Shown: positions 1 through 8,631, counted from the first letter of the stretch. The stretch is DNA of 14,639 nucleotides from Armatimonadota bacterium (GCA_037445735.1 JBBIJY010000026.1:21216-35854); one strand, 5' to 3'. Translations and numbers: made by a program. The notes: generated from the letters alone by a model not told the origin.

Positions 1-74
1 CCCAGCGAAACCGCTTCCGCAGGCTGAAGCGCACCAGAACGCTTGCGTGGGCGAGTTCGAGTCCCGGTCGCCAT
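1..74 (-). CDS. Possible 5' end of a hypothetical gene running off the left edge (MATGTRTRPRKRSGALQPAEAVSL...)
   Basis: ATG at 74-72 on the minus strand, preceded by SD-like AGGCGGTGAG. The frame is open to the window edge and a -10-like TACAAT lies at 158-153. Too short to assign. Confidence 0.35.
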   Translation of the reverse strand, partial: MATGTRTRPRKRSGALQPAEAVSL

Positions 75-152
75 CTGCTCACCGCCTATCTCTGCGGGCT
101 AAGCCGCGCAATGAACTCCACCCGTGCCTTGTAAGGCTTCAGGCAGTGCCAT

Positions 153-161
153 ATTGTACCC
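153..161 (-). promoter_or_regulatory. Putative -10 element GGGTACAAT for the leftward gene
   Basis: TACAAT is a 5/6 match to TATAAT, with the same GGG prefix as other promoters in this window. No clear -35. Confidence 0.35.
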
Positions 162-190
162 TCTCTGCCGGGCAAGGGAGCGAGGGGGCT

Positions 191-199
191 GGGTATACT
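191..199 (+). promoter_or_regulatory. Putative -10 element GGGTATACT; leaderless start of the dehydrogenase gene
   Basis: TATACT at 194-199, 7 nt before the GTG at 207, with no SD in between. Confidence 0.5.
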
Positions 200-206
200 T
201 CCCGCT

Positions 207-1244
207 GTGCAGACATGCGCGTGGCAGCTGGAGCCAGACGGCTCATGGCAGTGGCGCCGTTTTGAACTTCCTGAACCTCAGGCGGGCGAGGTGCGGGTGC
301 GCCTGCGAGCGTGCGGGCTGTGCAGCGGCGAGATTATGGACTGGTACATGCGCCGCAAGGCGCCCGTCGTGCCCGGCCATGAGCTGGTAGGCGAGGTCGA
401 GGCGGTCGGCGCGGACGTGCAGGGCTTTGTGCCGGGCACGCGCGTGGTGGTGCATCATCACGCGCCGTGCGGCACCTGCCCCCACTGCCAGCGCGGCGCG
501 TTTGTGCATTGCCCCACATGGCGCACGACCCGACTCTTTCCAGGCGGACTGAGCGAGCGGTTCATCGTGCCCGCCCCCATCGTGCAGCGCGATTTCATCC
601 CGCTACCTGCTGAGTCGGAGCTGCCCGACGAGGTGGCGGTTTTTGTGGAGCCGCTGGCGTGTGTGGTGAAGGCGTTGCGGCGGGCGGGGTTGCGGCATGG
701 CATGAGCGTCGTGATTATTGGCATGGGCGTCATGGGGCTTCTGCATCTGCTACTGGCGCAGCGATGGGGTGCGCGGCAGGTGCTGGCGCTGGATCGGCTG
801 GCGCATCGGCTGGAGGTTGCCCGCTCGCTGGGCGCGGTGCCCGTGCCTGTGTCGCACGATGAAGACACCATCCAGCAGGTGCGCGCCCTCACGGAGGGCA
901 TCGGCGCGGAGATTGTGGTGGTGGGTCCGGGCACGCCCGATGCGCTGGCGCTGGGCTTCCAGCTCGTGGCGCCCGACGGCGCACTGGTGCTGTTCACACC
1001 CGCCCCGCCCGAAGTGCGCTACCCGCTCGACTGGCACACGCTCTACTTCAGCGAGATTCGGCTTATCCCCAGCTACTCGGCGGGTCCGACCGAGATGCGC
1101 CACGCGCTCCGACTCTTAGAATCGGGGCTGCCTGTGCAGTCACTCATCACGCACCGCCTGCCGCTGGCGCAGGCGCCTGAAGGCTACGAGCTGCTCCGCC
1201 GCGCCGAAGCGCTGAAGGTCATCATCACCGCGCCTTCCAGCTAA
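207..1244 (+). CDS. Zn-dependent medium-chain alcohol/polyol dehydrogenase (MDR; L-iditol/threonine dehydrogenase-like), substrate unknown
   Basis: Catalytic Zn ligands in CGLCSGE and GHE, structural Zn cluster CGTCPHCQRGAFVHC, EPLAC motif, Rossmann GMGVMG, C-terminal ITHRLPL...KVII; 345 aa. Confidence 0.92.
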   Translation: MQTCAWQLEPDGSWQWRRFELPEPQAGEVRVRLRACGLCSGEIMDWYMRRKAPVVPGHELVGEVEAVGADVQGFVPGTRVVVHHHAPCGTCPHCQRGAFVHCPTWRTTRLFPGGLSERFIVPAPIVQRDFIPLPAESELPDEVAVFVEPLACVVKALRRAGLRHGMSVVIIGMGVMGLLHLLLAQRWGARQVLALDRLAHRLEVARSLGAVPVPVSHDEDTIQQVRALTEGIGAEIVVVGPGTPDALALGFQLVAPDGALVLFTPAPPEVRYPLDWHTLYFSEIRLIPSYSAGPTEMRHALRLLESGLPVQSLITHRLPLAQAPEGYELLRRAEALKVIITAPSS

Positions 1245-1288
1245 TGGGGAGACATGTGCTATTTTTCTGTCTGAGTATCTCCTGCAGC

Positions 1289-1346
1289 ATCTTTCCCTCT
1301 CAGAAGGAAAGTTTACCCCAAAACTTTCCTTCCGGGAAGGAAAGTT
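1289..1346. repeat. Two tandem 25-bp palindromic units, 33 bp apart, between convergent genes
   Basis: 1322-1346 AACTTTCCTTCC-G-GGAAGGAAAGTT is a perfect dyad. 1289-1313 ATCTTTCCCTCT-C-AGAAGGAAAGTT has 2 mismatches between arms. The inner arms also form GAAGGAAAGTTT-ACCCCA-AAACTTTCCTTC. Confidence 0.85.
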
Positions 1347-1365
1347 CGCGTCCCGAAGGGCTGAC

Positions 1366-4300
1366 CTACTCCAGCCACGAGTCGATCTCCGCCTGCAGAC
1401 GCAGGGTTTCGGCAATCGCCGTGATGATGCGCAGGAAGTCGAGGCGTTCGTCCAGCGAGAGCTTCTGCCCGCGCCGTTCGGTCAGCCACTTCTCACACAC
1501 GGCGTAGCCGCCCACGCGGAACGCCCATACCTCAGGCGGCACAGGCGCGAAAAACTGCTCCGCGTTGATGTAGAGTTGCTGGCTTGCCTCATCATAGCGC
1601 ACTTTCTGCACGACATGCGAGCCGTCTACGGGGCAGCGGCAGTTCACTTCATGGAGCCCGGGGCGGTGCAGAGTATGCAGTTCGATCAGCTGCTGTCCCA
1701 GACGGGCAAGCTGTTCGAACTGCTCTTTATCACGGGGCAGGGGCACACGCGGGAAGTCGCGGCGCAGGAACTCAGCATAGCGGGCGCGATAGGTAGGGCT
1801 GTTGAGAACCGCATAGATATAGCCCAGAATTGCCTCAGGCGTGGGCTTCTCGCCGATGCGTTGCGTCAGCGCGTTCCAGAACTCCCGATTCAGGTTCGGC
1901 TCGCGCCCCTCCAGCCCATCCAGCGCGTTCTGATCCCTGTTGTTTTTGTGATTGTTGTTCCTGTGATTGTTCGTGGGGGTGATATAAAGGGGAAATACAT
2001 AGCCGATTTCGCGCGTGTAGTTTGAAAGCGCACAGCTCTCCACAGGCGTTTGAGCAACAAATGCGTTCGCCCAGGGATCCTGCATTCGTGACTGCTGGCG
2101 TACAGTGATTAACGCCAGATTATCACCTGCAAGCAGTTCTTTCATGACTTTGTAGCGGGGTCTGCAGTGAAAGCCGCAATCCCGTCCCGTATAGAAGGTG
2201 TACCGCACATCGAAGGGGCGATAGAGGATGAGGATGATATGCGCCTTCGCGTTTTCATCGGGAACTCCTGCATCGCGCAGGTCCTGTTGAGCGCGCGCCA
2301 CTGACCAGTCGCGCACATCTTTGCCCAGCTTGAAGAGATACCGCGCCTGCTCCGCCTCGTACTTCACGAACTCGCACACCGTTTGCCACACGGCTTCGCG
2401 CGTGCGGTGGATGGTGAGCTTATCGCGCGCCGTTACAATCCCCACGCTATGCACGGGGAAAATATCGGGGATGCGCCAGCCCTGCTGATATTCGGCTTCG
2501 AGCGCGGTGTCCTGCGGCACGAACAGATAGAGTGGCTCGGACGGCTCCAGGCGCGTCCACGCGGCGCGCTCCAGCGTCTGCTCCTGCAAAAAGGCGTACT
2601 TCTCCGCGCGCCGCCCCCACACATCCACATAAAAAACGCCCGGCTCCGCATCCGCCCGCCGAATCGCTATCAGAATCGCGACGCCCTGCTGGATGTCGAA
2701 CACATTTTCGTCGGGCGAGCCGTCGGGCGCGCGCTCCTTGCGCCGCGCGTTCCCGTGCAGGTTCACGATATAGAGCCGCTGGAAGCTCTGCAGGAGATGA
2801 TGGCGCATCGCGCGGAAGGTGGGGTTGTCCAGATAGGCGTGGTTGGTAATTAGCGCGACGATGCCCTCGCCCGTCTGCTGAATGCGCCACTCGGCGAAGC
2901 GAATAAACTTCACATAGTCATCCTGCAGCCATTTGGGGTTCCGCTCCCCCAGCAGCTGACCGTTGATCTGTTTGTAGTCTTCTATCAGTTTGCCAATCCA
3001 TGTGGGTTCGCGTCGCTTGCGGATTCGTCCCTGCTCGTCGCGCTCTTCGTATTCAGAGTAGCTCCGATTGGCGGAGTGCCCGCTGTAGGGCGGGTTGCCC
3101 AGCACCACCAGGATGGGCTTTTCGCGCTTGATGGCGACCGCGGCGTTGGCTTCACGGGTGATGAACTCGCCGAACAGCAGCTCGCTCTGCTTGACCGCCT
3201 GCTCCAGCGTATTGGTGAGATAGATGCCCAGCCGCTGGCTGTTGAGCTGCACACCGAGCTGTTGCAGTTGCAGTCCCAGCTTCAGGTGGGCAATCGCGTA
3301 GGGCGCCATCAGCAGCTCGAAGCCGAACAGGCGGTGGATCAACCTCTCGCGGGCGTAATCGCGCCAGACGCCTCCACCAGAGCGCTCCACCACGCGCCGA
3401 TGCACCTGCTGAACCACCTCATACAGGAAGCTGCCCGTGCCGCAGGCGGGGTCTAAAATCAGCGTTTCGTCATCAGCCAGCCCGTGCGATTTACCGAAGA
3501 ACAGGCGCAGCGCATCGTCGACGGCTCGCACGATGAACTGCACGACGGGTTCGGGCGTGTAGTAAACGCCCCGAATCTCGCGCTGTTCGGGGTCATAAAT
3601 GGCAAGGAAGTCCTCATAGAAATGCACGATGGGGTCTTCTTTGCCCGTGCGTTGCCCGAAGTTCTCCAGAATCGCGAGCATATCGGCGCGGGCGAGCAGG
3701 GTGGCAATTTCGTCGGCAACCCAGGCGATGGTGGGCGGCAGGTCATGCGCGGCGAGCAGCTGGAACAGGCGGCGCAGGAAGGGGTTGGTGGGCGGGATGA
3801 GCATGGCGGCGGACTGACGGCTGAAGGCGTTGCCATCCGTCTGAGCGCATCGCGCGGCAAACAGCCCGTAGGCAACGGTCTGTGCGTAGAGGTCGGCGAA
3901 CTCTTCGGGCTTCAGGTCGGGCAAGAGCGTGCGCTCAAAGGCGCGGTAGAGACTGTGCAGGTCGGTCTCCGCTTTCTGGGCGAGCAGGGTTTCGAGCGCG
4001 GCGGTGAGCTGGCGGGTGCGCCGCGCCAGATAGTGCGCCAGCGTCTGGGGATCGGCAATCGCGGGTGGCTCGCCCTGCAGAAAAGCCTCCAGCAGGCTTT
4101 TTAGAGCCTGCACCGCGTCGGGGAACAGGCACACTGTCTCGCGCGCGGGCGGGGCGGGAAGCATCGCTCGCGCCTGCAGCTCGCCGTCCCGATAGAGCCG
4201 AAACTCCAGAAAGTTAGTCAGCACAAAGTTATCCAGATTCTGGATAAACGCGCGGATTTGCTGGTGCGCGTGCCCCTGCAGGGCGTCCAGATCGGCGCCG

Positions 4301-4533
4301 AACGCCTCCGCCTCCAGATAACCGATGGGCATCCCGTTGCGGAGCAGAATGAAGTCGGGTCTGCCCGCGACCGTTTTGCGCGGTTCATGCAGGAGGGTGG
4401 CGCCCTGCGGCTGGGCAAGTGCAGTGAGTAGTTCATACAGGGCGTGATGATAGGACAGCTCGCCCGTCGCCTGCGCCTGCCCCTGAATCGCCTGCAGACG
4501 CTCCAGATAGTGCGCCACCACCGCCTCCACCAT
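1366..4533 (-). CDS. Single-chain restriction-modification enzyme, Type IIG / Type ISP-like without helicase: N-terminal nuclease-like domain, gamma-class m6A methyltransferase, C-terminal specificity domain
   Basis: Motif X GVYYTPEPVV, motif I ILDPACGTGSF, motif IV GNPPY, family motifs DDYVKFIRFA, NLHGN, DENVFDIQQGV, YRPFD, FPRVP and GGYAVCEKWL. N-terminal PDF...GYLEAE. Start placed at ATG 4533 (1055 aa, MVEAVVAHYL) rather than 4656 because a -10 box lies at 4547-4542. Confidence 0.9.
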   Translation of the reverse strand: MVEAVVAHYLERLQAIQGQAQATGELSYHHALYELLTALAQPQGATLLHEPRKTVAGRPDFILLRNGMPIGYLEAEAFGADLDALQGHAHQQIRAFIQNLDNFVLTNFLEFRLYRDGELQARAMLPAPPARETVCLFPDAVQALKSLLEAFLQGEPPAIADPQTLAHYLARRTRQLTAALETLLAQKAETDLHSLYRAFERTLLPDLKPEEFADLYAQTVAYGLFAARCAQTDGNAFSRQSAAMLIPPTNPFLRRLFQLLAAHDLPPTIAWVADEIATLLARADMLAILENFGQRTGKEDPIVHFYEDFLAIYDPEQREIRGVYYTPEPVVQFIVRAVDDALRLFFGKSHGLADDETLILDPACGTGSFLYEVVQQVHRRVVERSGGGVWRDYARERLIHRLFGFELLMAPYAIAHLKLGLQLQQLGVQLNSQRLGIYLTNTLEQAVKQSELLFGEFITREANAAVAIKREKPILVVLGNPPYSGHSANRSYSEYEERDEQGRIRKRREPTWIGKLIEDYKQINGQLLGERNPKWLQDDYVKFIRFAEWRIQQTGEGIVALITNHAYLDNPTFRAMRHHLLQSFQRLYIVNLHGNARRKERAPDGSPDENVFDIQQGVAILIAIRRADAEPGVFYVDVWGRRAEKYAFLQEQTLERAAWTRLEPSEPLYLFVPQDTALEAEYQQGWRIPDIFPVHSVGIVTARDKLTIHRTREAVWQTVCEFVKYEAEQARYLFKLGKDVRDWSVARAQQDLRDAGVPDENAKAHIILILYRPFDVRYTFYTGRDCGFHCRPRYKVMKELLAGDNLALITVRQQSRMQDPWANAFVAQTPVESCALSNYTREIGYVFPLYITPTNNHRNNNHKNNRDQNALDGLEGREPNLNREFWNALTQRIGEKPTPEAILGYIYAVLNSPTYRARYAEFLRRDFPRVPLPRDKEQFEQLARLGQQLIELHTLHRPGLHEVNCRCPVDGSHVVQKVRYDEASQQLYINAEQFFAPVPPEVWAFRVGGYAVCEKWLTERRGQKLSLDERLDFLRIITAIAETLRLQAEIDSWLE
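1927..1971 (-). repeat. Three imperfect in-frame 15-bp tandem repeats inside the R-M gene (NNHRN-NNHKN-NRDQN)
   Basis: Coding strand reads AACAATCACAGGAAC / AACAATCACAAAAAC / AACAGGGATCAGAAC. Confidence 0.7.
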
Positions 4534-4539
4534 CAAGAT

Positions 4540-4567
4540 GAAGTATACCGCCCAGCGGGTATGCTTC
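4540..4567 (-). promoter_or_regulatory. Putative -10 (CGGTATACT, 4550-4542) of the R-M gene, embedded in an imperfect inverted repeat
   Basis: TATACT lies 8 nt upstream of ATG 4533 with no SD. The plus strand reads GAAGTATACCGC-CCA-GCGGGTATGCTTC. Confidence 0.45.
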
Positions 4568-4682
4568 CGGTTGTAGGCAGGAGCGTACCCTGTATCAACT
4601 GAGCCATCCCTCCTTCCCCGAAGAGGAAATCGGACCCGCAATTGCGAATCACGCACTTCCGTACAGCATACAGTCCCGGTGA

Positions 4683-4694
4683 AGGGTATACTCT
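4683..4694 (+). promoter_or_regulatory. Putative -10 (GGGTATACT) and near-palindromic operator of the TA operon
   Basis: TATACT at 4687-4692 within AGGGTATACTCT (10/12 dyad), 18 nt before ATG 4711. Autorepression at promoter palindromes is typical of type II TA loci. Confidence 0.45.
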
Positions 4695-4710
4695 CGTTGG
4701 GTGAGAGAAA

Positions 4711-4968
4711 ATGGCGCTAACCACTGTGCGCGGCTACTATCGCAATGGGCGCATCGAACTGGCTGAACAGCCCGAAGGTATTCAGGAAGCCGAAGTGTTC
4801 GTGATTTTCGTGGAATCGACTCCTGTTTCAGAATCTCAGCGGGAGCAGGCGATTGAACGATTGCTCCAGCAGATGCGCGAGGGCTTCCCCTTCGGCGGCA
4901 AAGGCTACACTCACAGGGAGGAAATCTATGAGGAGCGGTTGGAACGCTTCCCTTCCAGCGATAATTGA
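4711..4968 (+). CDS. Putative type II antitoxin (VapB role; AF2212/DUF104-like beta-rich N-terminus)
   Basis: 85 aa, directly upstream of and overlapping a PIN gene. N-terminus TVRGYYRNGRIELAEQP...EVFVIF; acidic C-terminal REEIYEER. Confidence 0.7.
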   Translation: MALTTVRGYYRNGRIELAEQPEGIQEAEVFVIFVESTPVSESQREQAIERLLQQMREGFPFGGKGYTHREEIYEERLERFPSSDN

Positions 4969-5385
4969 CACGAAGTGCTGGTCTATGCCCCCGACACGAC
5001 CAATCGAGTCAAACAAGCCGTTGCCGTCGAACTGATTGAGAAGTTAGCGCGTGAGGGGCGACTGGTGCTCAGTGTGCAGGTTCTCCATGAGTTTTATAGC
5101 GTTGCCACCAGCCCGCGCAAGTCGCTGCAAATGCCTCATGAGCGTGCCGCCCGTATCGTCGCGGATTTAATCGAGGTTGCCTCAGTGGTGCCACTCACAC
5201 ACGCAGTTACACGTCGGGCGCTTTATGGGGTGGAGCGCTATCGGCTGGCTTTCTGGGACGCCCTTATCTGGGCGGCTGCCTGCGAGCATGGTATTCCGCT
5301 TATCTACACGGAGGATTTCGATCCCGGCGCCACACTGGAAGGCGTGGCTTTTGTGAATCCATTTACAGAAGCGCACGCTATCTAA
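4928..5385 (+). pseudogene. vapC: PIN-domain (VapC-like) ribonuclease toxin with a 1-nt deletion at 4973-4975 (real pseudogene or sequence error)
   Basis: SD GGAGG (4917-4921) and ATG 4928 give MRSGWNASLPAIIDT. The sequence GAC ACG AA GTG CTG GTC TAT GCC needs one base to restore DTNVLVYA. The downstream frame has QVLHEF, FWDALIWAAA, YTEDF and VNPF. Confidence 0.82.
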
Positions 5386-5405
5386 ATGCCCCTGAAGAGG
5401 GAGTT

Positions 5406-6224
5406 TCAGCCCAGTAAGCCCCAATCGATGGGCAGTGGTTCGCCGTCGGGTGTGCAGTTGTAGATGGAGAAGTCGGTGACGCCCGCCTCGCGCAGGATGT
5501 CCTCGTCGAACCACACCTGCCCCGTGCAGGTGGACGGCTCACGCCGAACCAGCTCGCAGAGTGCGTCCGCCATGATGTCGGCTTTGCGCCAGTGGCGCGG
5601 CTCGCCCAGCTGAAAGGCGATGGTTGCCTGGCTCTCAATCAGCGTGCGGGGCCAGAGCGAGTTGACGGCAATGTTGTATTCGCGCACCTCTTCCGCCAGC
5701 CCGTAAGTGAGCAGGGTCATGCCGAACTTGGAAATCATGTAGGCGATGCGCCCCGCCACCACCGACGGCTCTATCGGCGGCGACATGTTGACAATATGAC
5801 CCCACTGCTGGCTCATCATCGCGGGCAGCACAGCCTGCGAGCAGAGGAATGCAGCGCGTACATTCACACCCATCACCAGATCGAAACGCTTCGCTGGGGT
5901 TTCCAGCAGAGGCTTCCACCAGAGCGCGCCCGCGTTGTTCACCAGAATGTCGATACGCCCCCAGCGCTGGAGGGTGGCGTCGACCATCTGCTGGATGGCG
6001 TTCTCGTCGCGCACATCGACGCGGATGGGAAGCGCCTCACCGCCGAGCGCCTGCACCTCATCGGCGACGGTGTAGATGGTGCCAGGCAGGCGCGGGTCCG
6101 GTTCAGCGGTTTTGGCGGCGATGACCACGCACACGCCTTCCCGCGCCAGTCGGAGCGCGATGGATCGCCCGATGCCCCGACTGGCGCCCGTGATAATTGC
6201 CACCCGTCCTGTCAGCTCGCTCAT
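5406..6224 (-). CDS. SDR family oxidoreductase, HSDL2/AtuG-like (no SCP2 domain)
   Basis: TGASRGIG, subfamily signature AAKTAEPDPRLPGTIYT, NNAG, NMSPP and catalytic YMISK; 272 aa. Its ATG overlaps the atpG stop (TGATG). Confidence 0.9.
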   Translation of the reverse strand: MSELTGRVAIITGASRGIGRSIALRLAREGVCVVIAAKTAEPDPRLPGTIYTVADEVQALGGEALPIRVDVRDENAIQQMVDATLQRWGRIDILVNNAGALWWKPLLETPAKRFDLVMGVNVRAAFLCSQAVLPAMMSQQWGHIVNMSPPIEPSVVAGRIAYMISKFGMTLLTYGLAEEVREYNIAVNSLWPRTLIESQATIAFQLGEPRHWRKADIMADALCELVRREPSTCTGQVWFDEDILREAGVTDFSIYNCTPDGEPLPIDWGLLG

Positions 6225-7087
6225 CAGCCCTTGAGCGCCTCTGCGCCGCCCACCACCTCGGCAATCTCTTTGGTGATCGCCGCCTGGCGCAGGCGGTTCA
6301 TCACCAGCGTCAGCTCCTGAATCATCTTGCCCGCGTTATCGCTCGCCATCGACATGGCGGTCATGCGGGCGCCGTGCTCGCTCGCGCTGGCTTCCAGCAA
6401 CGCCTGCAGCACCTGTGTCAGCAGGTAGCGCGGCAACAGCCGTTCCAGCAGCTCGTCGGCAGGCGGCTCGAAGATGAACTCGCGCGGGCTGCTCTCTTCA
6501 CCAGCGGGCGGCTCAATCGGCAGAACTGGCTGAACCACCGGGCGCTGAGTCACAGGATTGATGAACCGCGCGTAGACCAGATAGACCCTGTCGACGCGCC
6601 CGCTTACAAACAGCTCGGTGATGGCGCTGGTGACGGCACGCGCGTCTTCCAGCCCGGCACCGCCTGTTGGCATCGAGCGATAGAATTCGACGGTGAAACC
6701 GCGCCTGGCAAAGAACTGGTAGCCGCGCCGCCCGACGCAGATCAGGCGCACCTGCTCCTGCTGAAGCCCCTGATCGCGAATGGCGTTCTGCAGGGCGCGA
6801 ATCAGGTTCATATTGTACGCCCCGCACAGACCCCTGTCGGAGGTGATCAGCACGAAGCCGACATTTGTAACGGGTCGGCGCTGCAGCAGCGGGTGTTCGG
6901 GCAGGTCGCCCGCGCGACCCAGTTCCTGCATAATCTCGTGCATGCGCTGGGCGTAGGGACGGGCAGCCAGCACGCGATCCTGCGCCCGACGCAGGCGAGC
7001 TGCAGAAACCAGTTTCATCGCCCGCGTGATCTGCTGAATGTTCCTCGCGGCGCGAATGCGCGACCGCATCGCTCGCAGCGTTCTCAT
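6224..7087 (-). CDS. atpG: F1 ATP synthase gamma subunit
   Basis: [36 protein letters not shown] and [22 protein letters not shown] overlap with atpA. Confidence 0.98.
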   Translation of the reverse strand: MRTLRAMRSRIRAARNIQQITRAMKLVSAARLRRAQDRVLAARPYAQRMHEIMQELGRAGDLPEHPLLQRRPVTNVGFVLITSDRGLCGAYNMNLIRALQNAIRDQGLQQEQVRLICVGRRGYQFFARRGFTVEFYRSMPTGGAGLEDARAVTSAITELFVSGRVDRVYLVYARFINPVTQRPVVQPVLPIEPPAGEESSPREFIFEPPADELLERLLPRYLLTQVLQALLEASASEHGARMTAMSMASDNAGKMIQELTLVMNRLRQAAITKEIAEVVGGAEALKG

Positions 7088-8622
7088 GGCAGCCCCTGCT
7101 CCTGCTTGAAGAGCGCCTTATATTCCTCGATGGCGCGGCGCAGGTCGGCTTCCGTATCGGCGTCTAACTGCTTCTCGCGCCGAATCTTTTCGCCGATGTC
7201 GGGATACTTTTCGCGCATGAAGGGGTGGAAGCCGTCCTCAAACGCGCGCACCAGCTCCACCGGGATGTCGTCGAGGTAGCCCTGCGTGCCCGCGAAGATA
7301 ATCATCACCTGCTCCTCGACGGGCATCGGCTGGAACTGGGGCTGCTTGAGAATCTCCTGCAGGCGCAACCCGCGCGCGAGCTGCATCTGGGTGGCGCGGT
7401 CAAGGTCGGAGGCGAACTGGGCGAACGCCTGCACCTCACGGAACTGCGCCATGTCCAGGCGCAGGCGTCCCGCCACCTGCTTCATCGCGCGAATCTGGGC
7501 GTCGCCCCCCACGCGGCTGACCGAGATGCCCACATTGATCGCGGGGCGGATACCTGCGTAGAACAGGCTCGGCTCCAGATAGATCTGCCCATCGGTGATG
7601 GAGATGACATTGGTCGGGATATAGGCGGACACATCGCCCGCCTGCGTTTCGATAATGGGCAGCGCGGTCAGCGAGCCGCCGCCGAGTTCGTCCGAGAGCT
7701 TCGCCGCGCGCTCCAGCAGGCGCGAGTGCAGATAGAACACATCGCCCGGATATGCCTCGCGCCCTGGCGGACGGCGCAGCAGCAGCGACACCGCACGATA
7801 CGCCTGCGCGTGCTTGGACAGGTCGTCGTACACCACCAGCGCGTGCATGCCATTATCGCGGAAGTATTCGCCCATTGCGCAGCCCGCGTAGGGCGCCAGG
7901 TACTGCAGGCTGTTCGGGTCGCTGGCGGATGCCACCACGACCGTGGTGTAGTCCATCGCGCCGTACCGCTCCAGTGTGTCGATGAAGCGGGCAATCGCCG
8001 CCATCTTCTGACCAATCGCCACATAGATGCAGTAGACGGGCGAATCGGTCTCGTGCGTGTATTTCTGATTGATGATAGTGTCCAGCACGATGGCAGTTTT
8101 GCCGGTGGAGCGGTCGCCGATAATCAGCTCGCGCTGACCGCGCCCGATGGGGATCATGGCGTCGATGGCTTTGATGCCCGTTTGCAGCGGCTCCTTGACG
8201 GGCTGGCGCTTGACCACGCCCGGCGCAATCACCTCCACGCGGCGATACTCTTCGGCGACGATGGGTCCCTTGCCGTCGAGCGGTCGTCCGAGCGCGTCGA
8301 CCACGCGCCCCAGCAGCGCTTTGCCGACGGGCACCTCCGCGATGCGTCCTGTGCGGCGCACCGGGTCGCCCTCTTTGAGTTCCTCGTCCGAGCCGAGAAT
8401 GATGCAGCCGATGCTGTCCTCTTCAAGGTTCAGCACCAGCCCCATCACCTCGTGCGGGAACTCCAGTAGCTCGCCCATCTGGGCATCGGGCAGCCCGTAC
8501 ACGCGGGCGATGCCGTCGCCCACCTGCAGCACCGTGCCGACGCTCTCCGCGACAGGCTTCTGATCCAGCGATTCGATCTCTTTTGCCAGGATGCTCGTTA
8601 TTTCTTCAGGTCGGATTGCCAT
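7084..8622 (-). CDS. atpA: F1 ATP synthase alpha subunit
   Basis: [28 protein letters not shown] (Walker A), [26 protein letters not shown] and [21 protein letters not shown]. Confidence 0.99.
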   Translation of the reverse strand: MAIRPEEITSILAKEIESLDQKPVAESVGTVLQVGDGIARVYGLPDAQMGELLEFPHEVMGLVLNLEEDSIGCIILGSDEELKEGDPVRRTGRIAEVPVGKALLGRVVDALGRPLDGKGPIVAEEYRRVEVIAPGVVKRQPVKEPLQTGIKAIDAMIPIGRGQRELIIGDRSTGKTAIVLDTIINQKYTHETDSPVYCIYVAIGQKMAAIARFIDTLERYGAMDYTTVVVASASDPNSLQYLAPYAGCAMGEYFRDNGMHALVVYDDLSKHAQAYRAVSLLLRRPPGREAYPGDVFYLHSRLLERAAKLSDELGGGSLTALPIIETQAGDVSAYIPTNVISITDGQIYLEPSLFYAGIRPAINVGISVSRVGGDAQIRAMKQVAGRLRLDMAQFREVQAFAQFASDLDRATQMQLARGLRLQEILKQPQFQPMPVEEQVMIIFAGTQGYLDDIPVELVRAFEDGFHPFMREKYPDIGEKIRREKQLDADTEADLRRAIEEYKALFKQEQGLP

Positions 8623-8631
8623 GGTTGCACC

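Noticed and set aside
45-75. tRNA-like 3' end (GTTCGAGTCCC...CGCCA)
   Set aside because: The flanks GCGAG/CCCGG do not form a T-stem and no acceptor, D or anticodon arms are evident. It is better explained as the minus-strand coding start.
1289-1346. Mini CRISPR array
   Set aside because: Only two units separated by 8 bp, far too short for a spacer; no cas genes or leader.
1244-1507. 87-aa plus-strand ORF (and 91-aa minus-strand ORF 1140-1415) with repeated FPSxKES
   Set aside because: The peptide repeat merely translates the DNA dyads, and both ORFs overlap real genes.
4534-4656. 41-aa N-terminal extension of the R-M ORF
   Set aside because: It covers the divergent promoter region including a -10 box; family-like sequence begins at MVEAVVAHYL.
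4614-5406. CCCC(T)GAAGAGG on both sides of the TA module as a target-site duplication
   Set aside because: Short, gapped and imperfect, and GAAGAGG also occurs at 14160-14166, so chance cannot be excluded.
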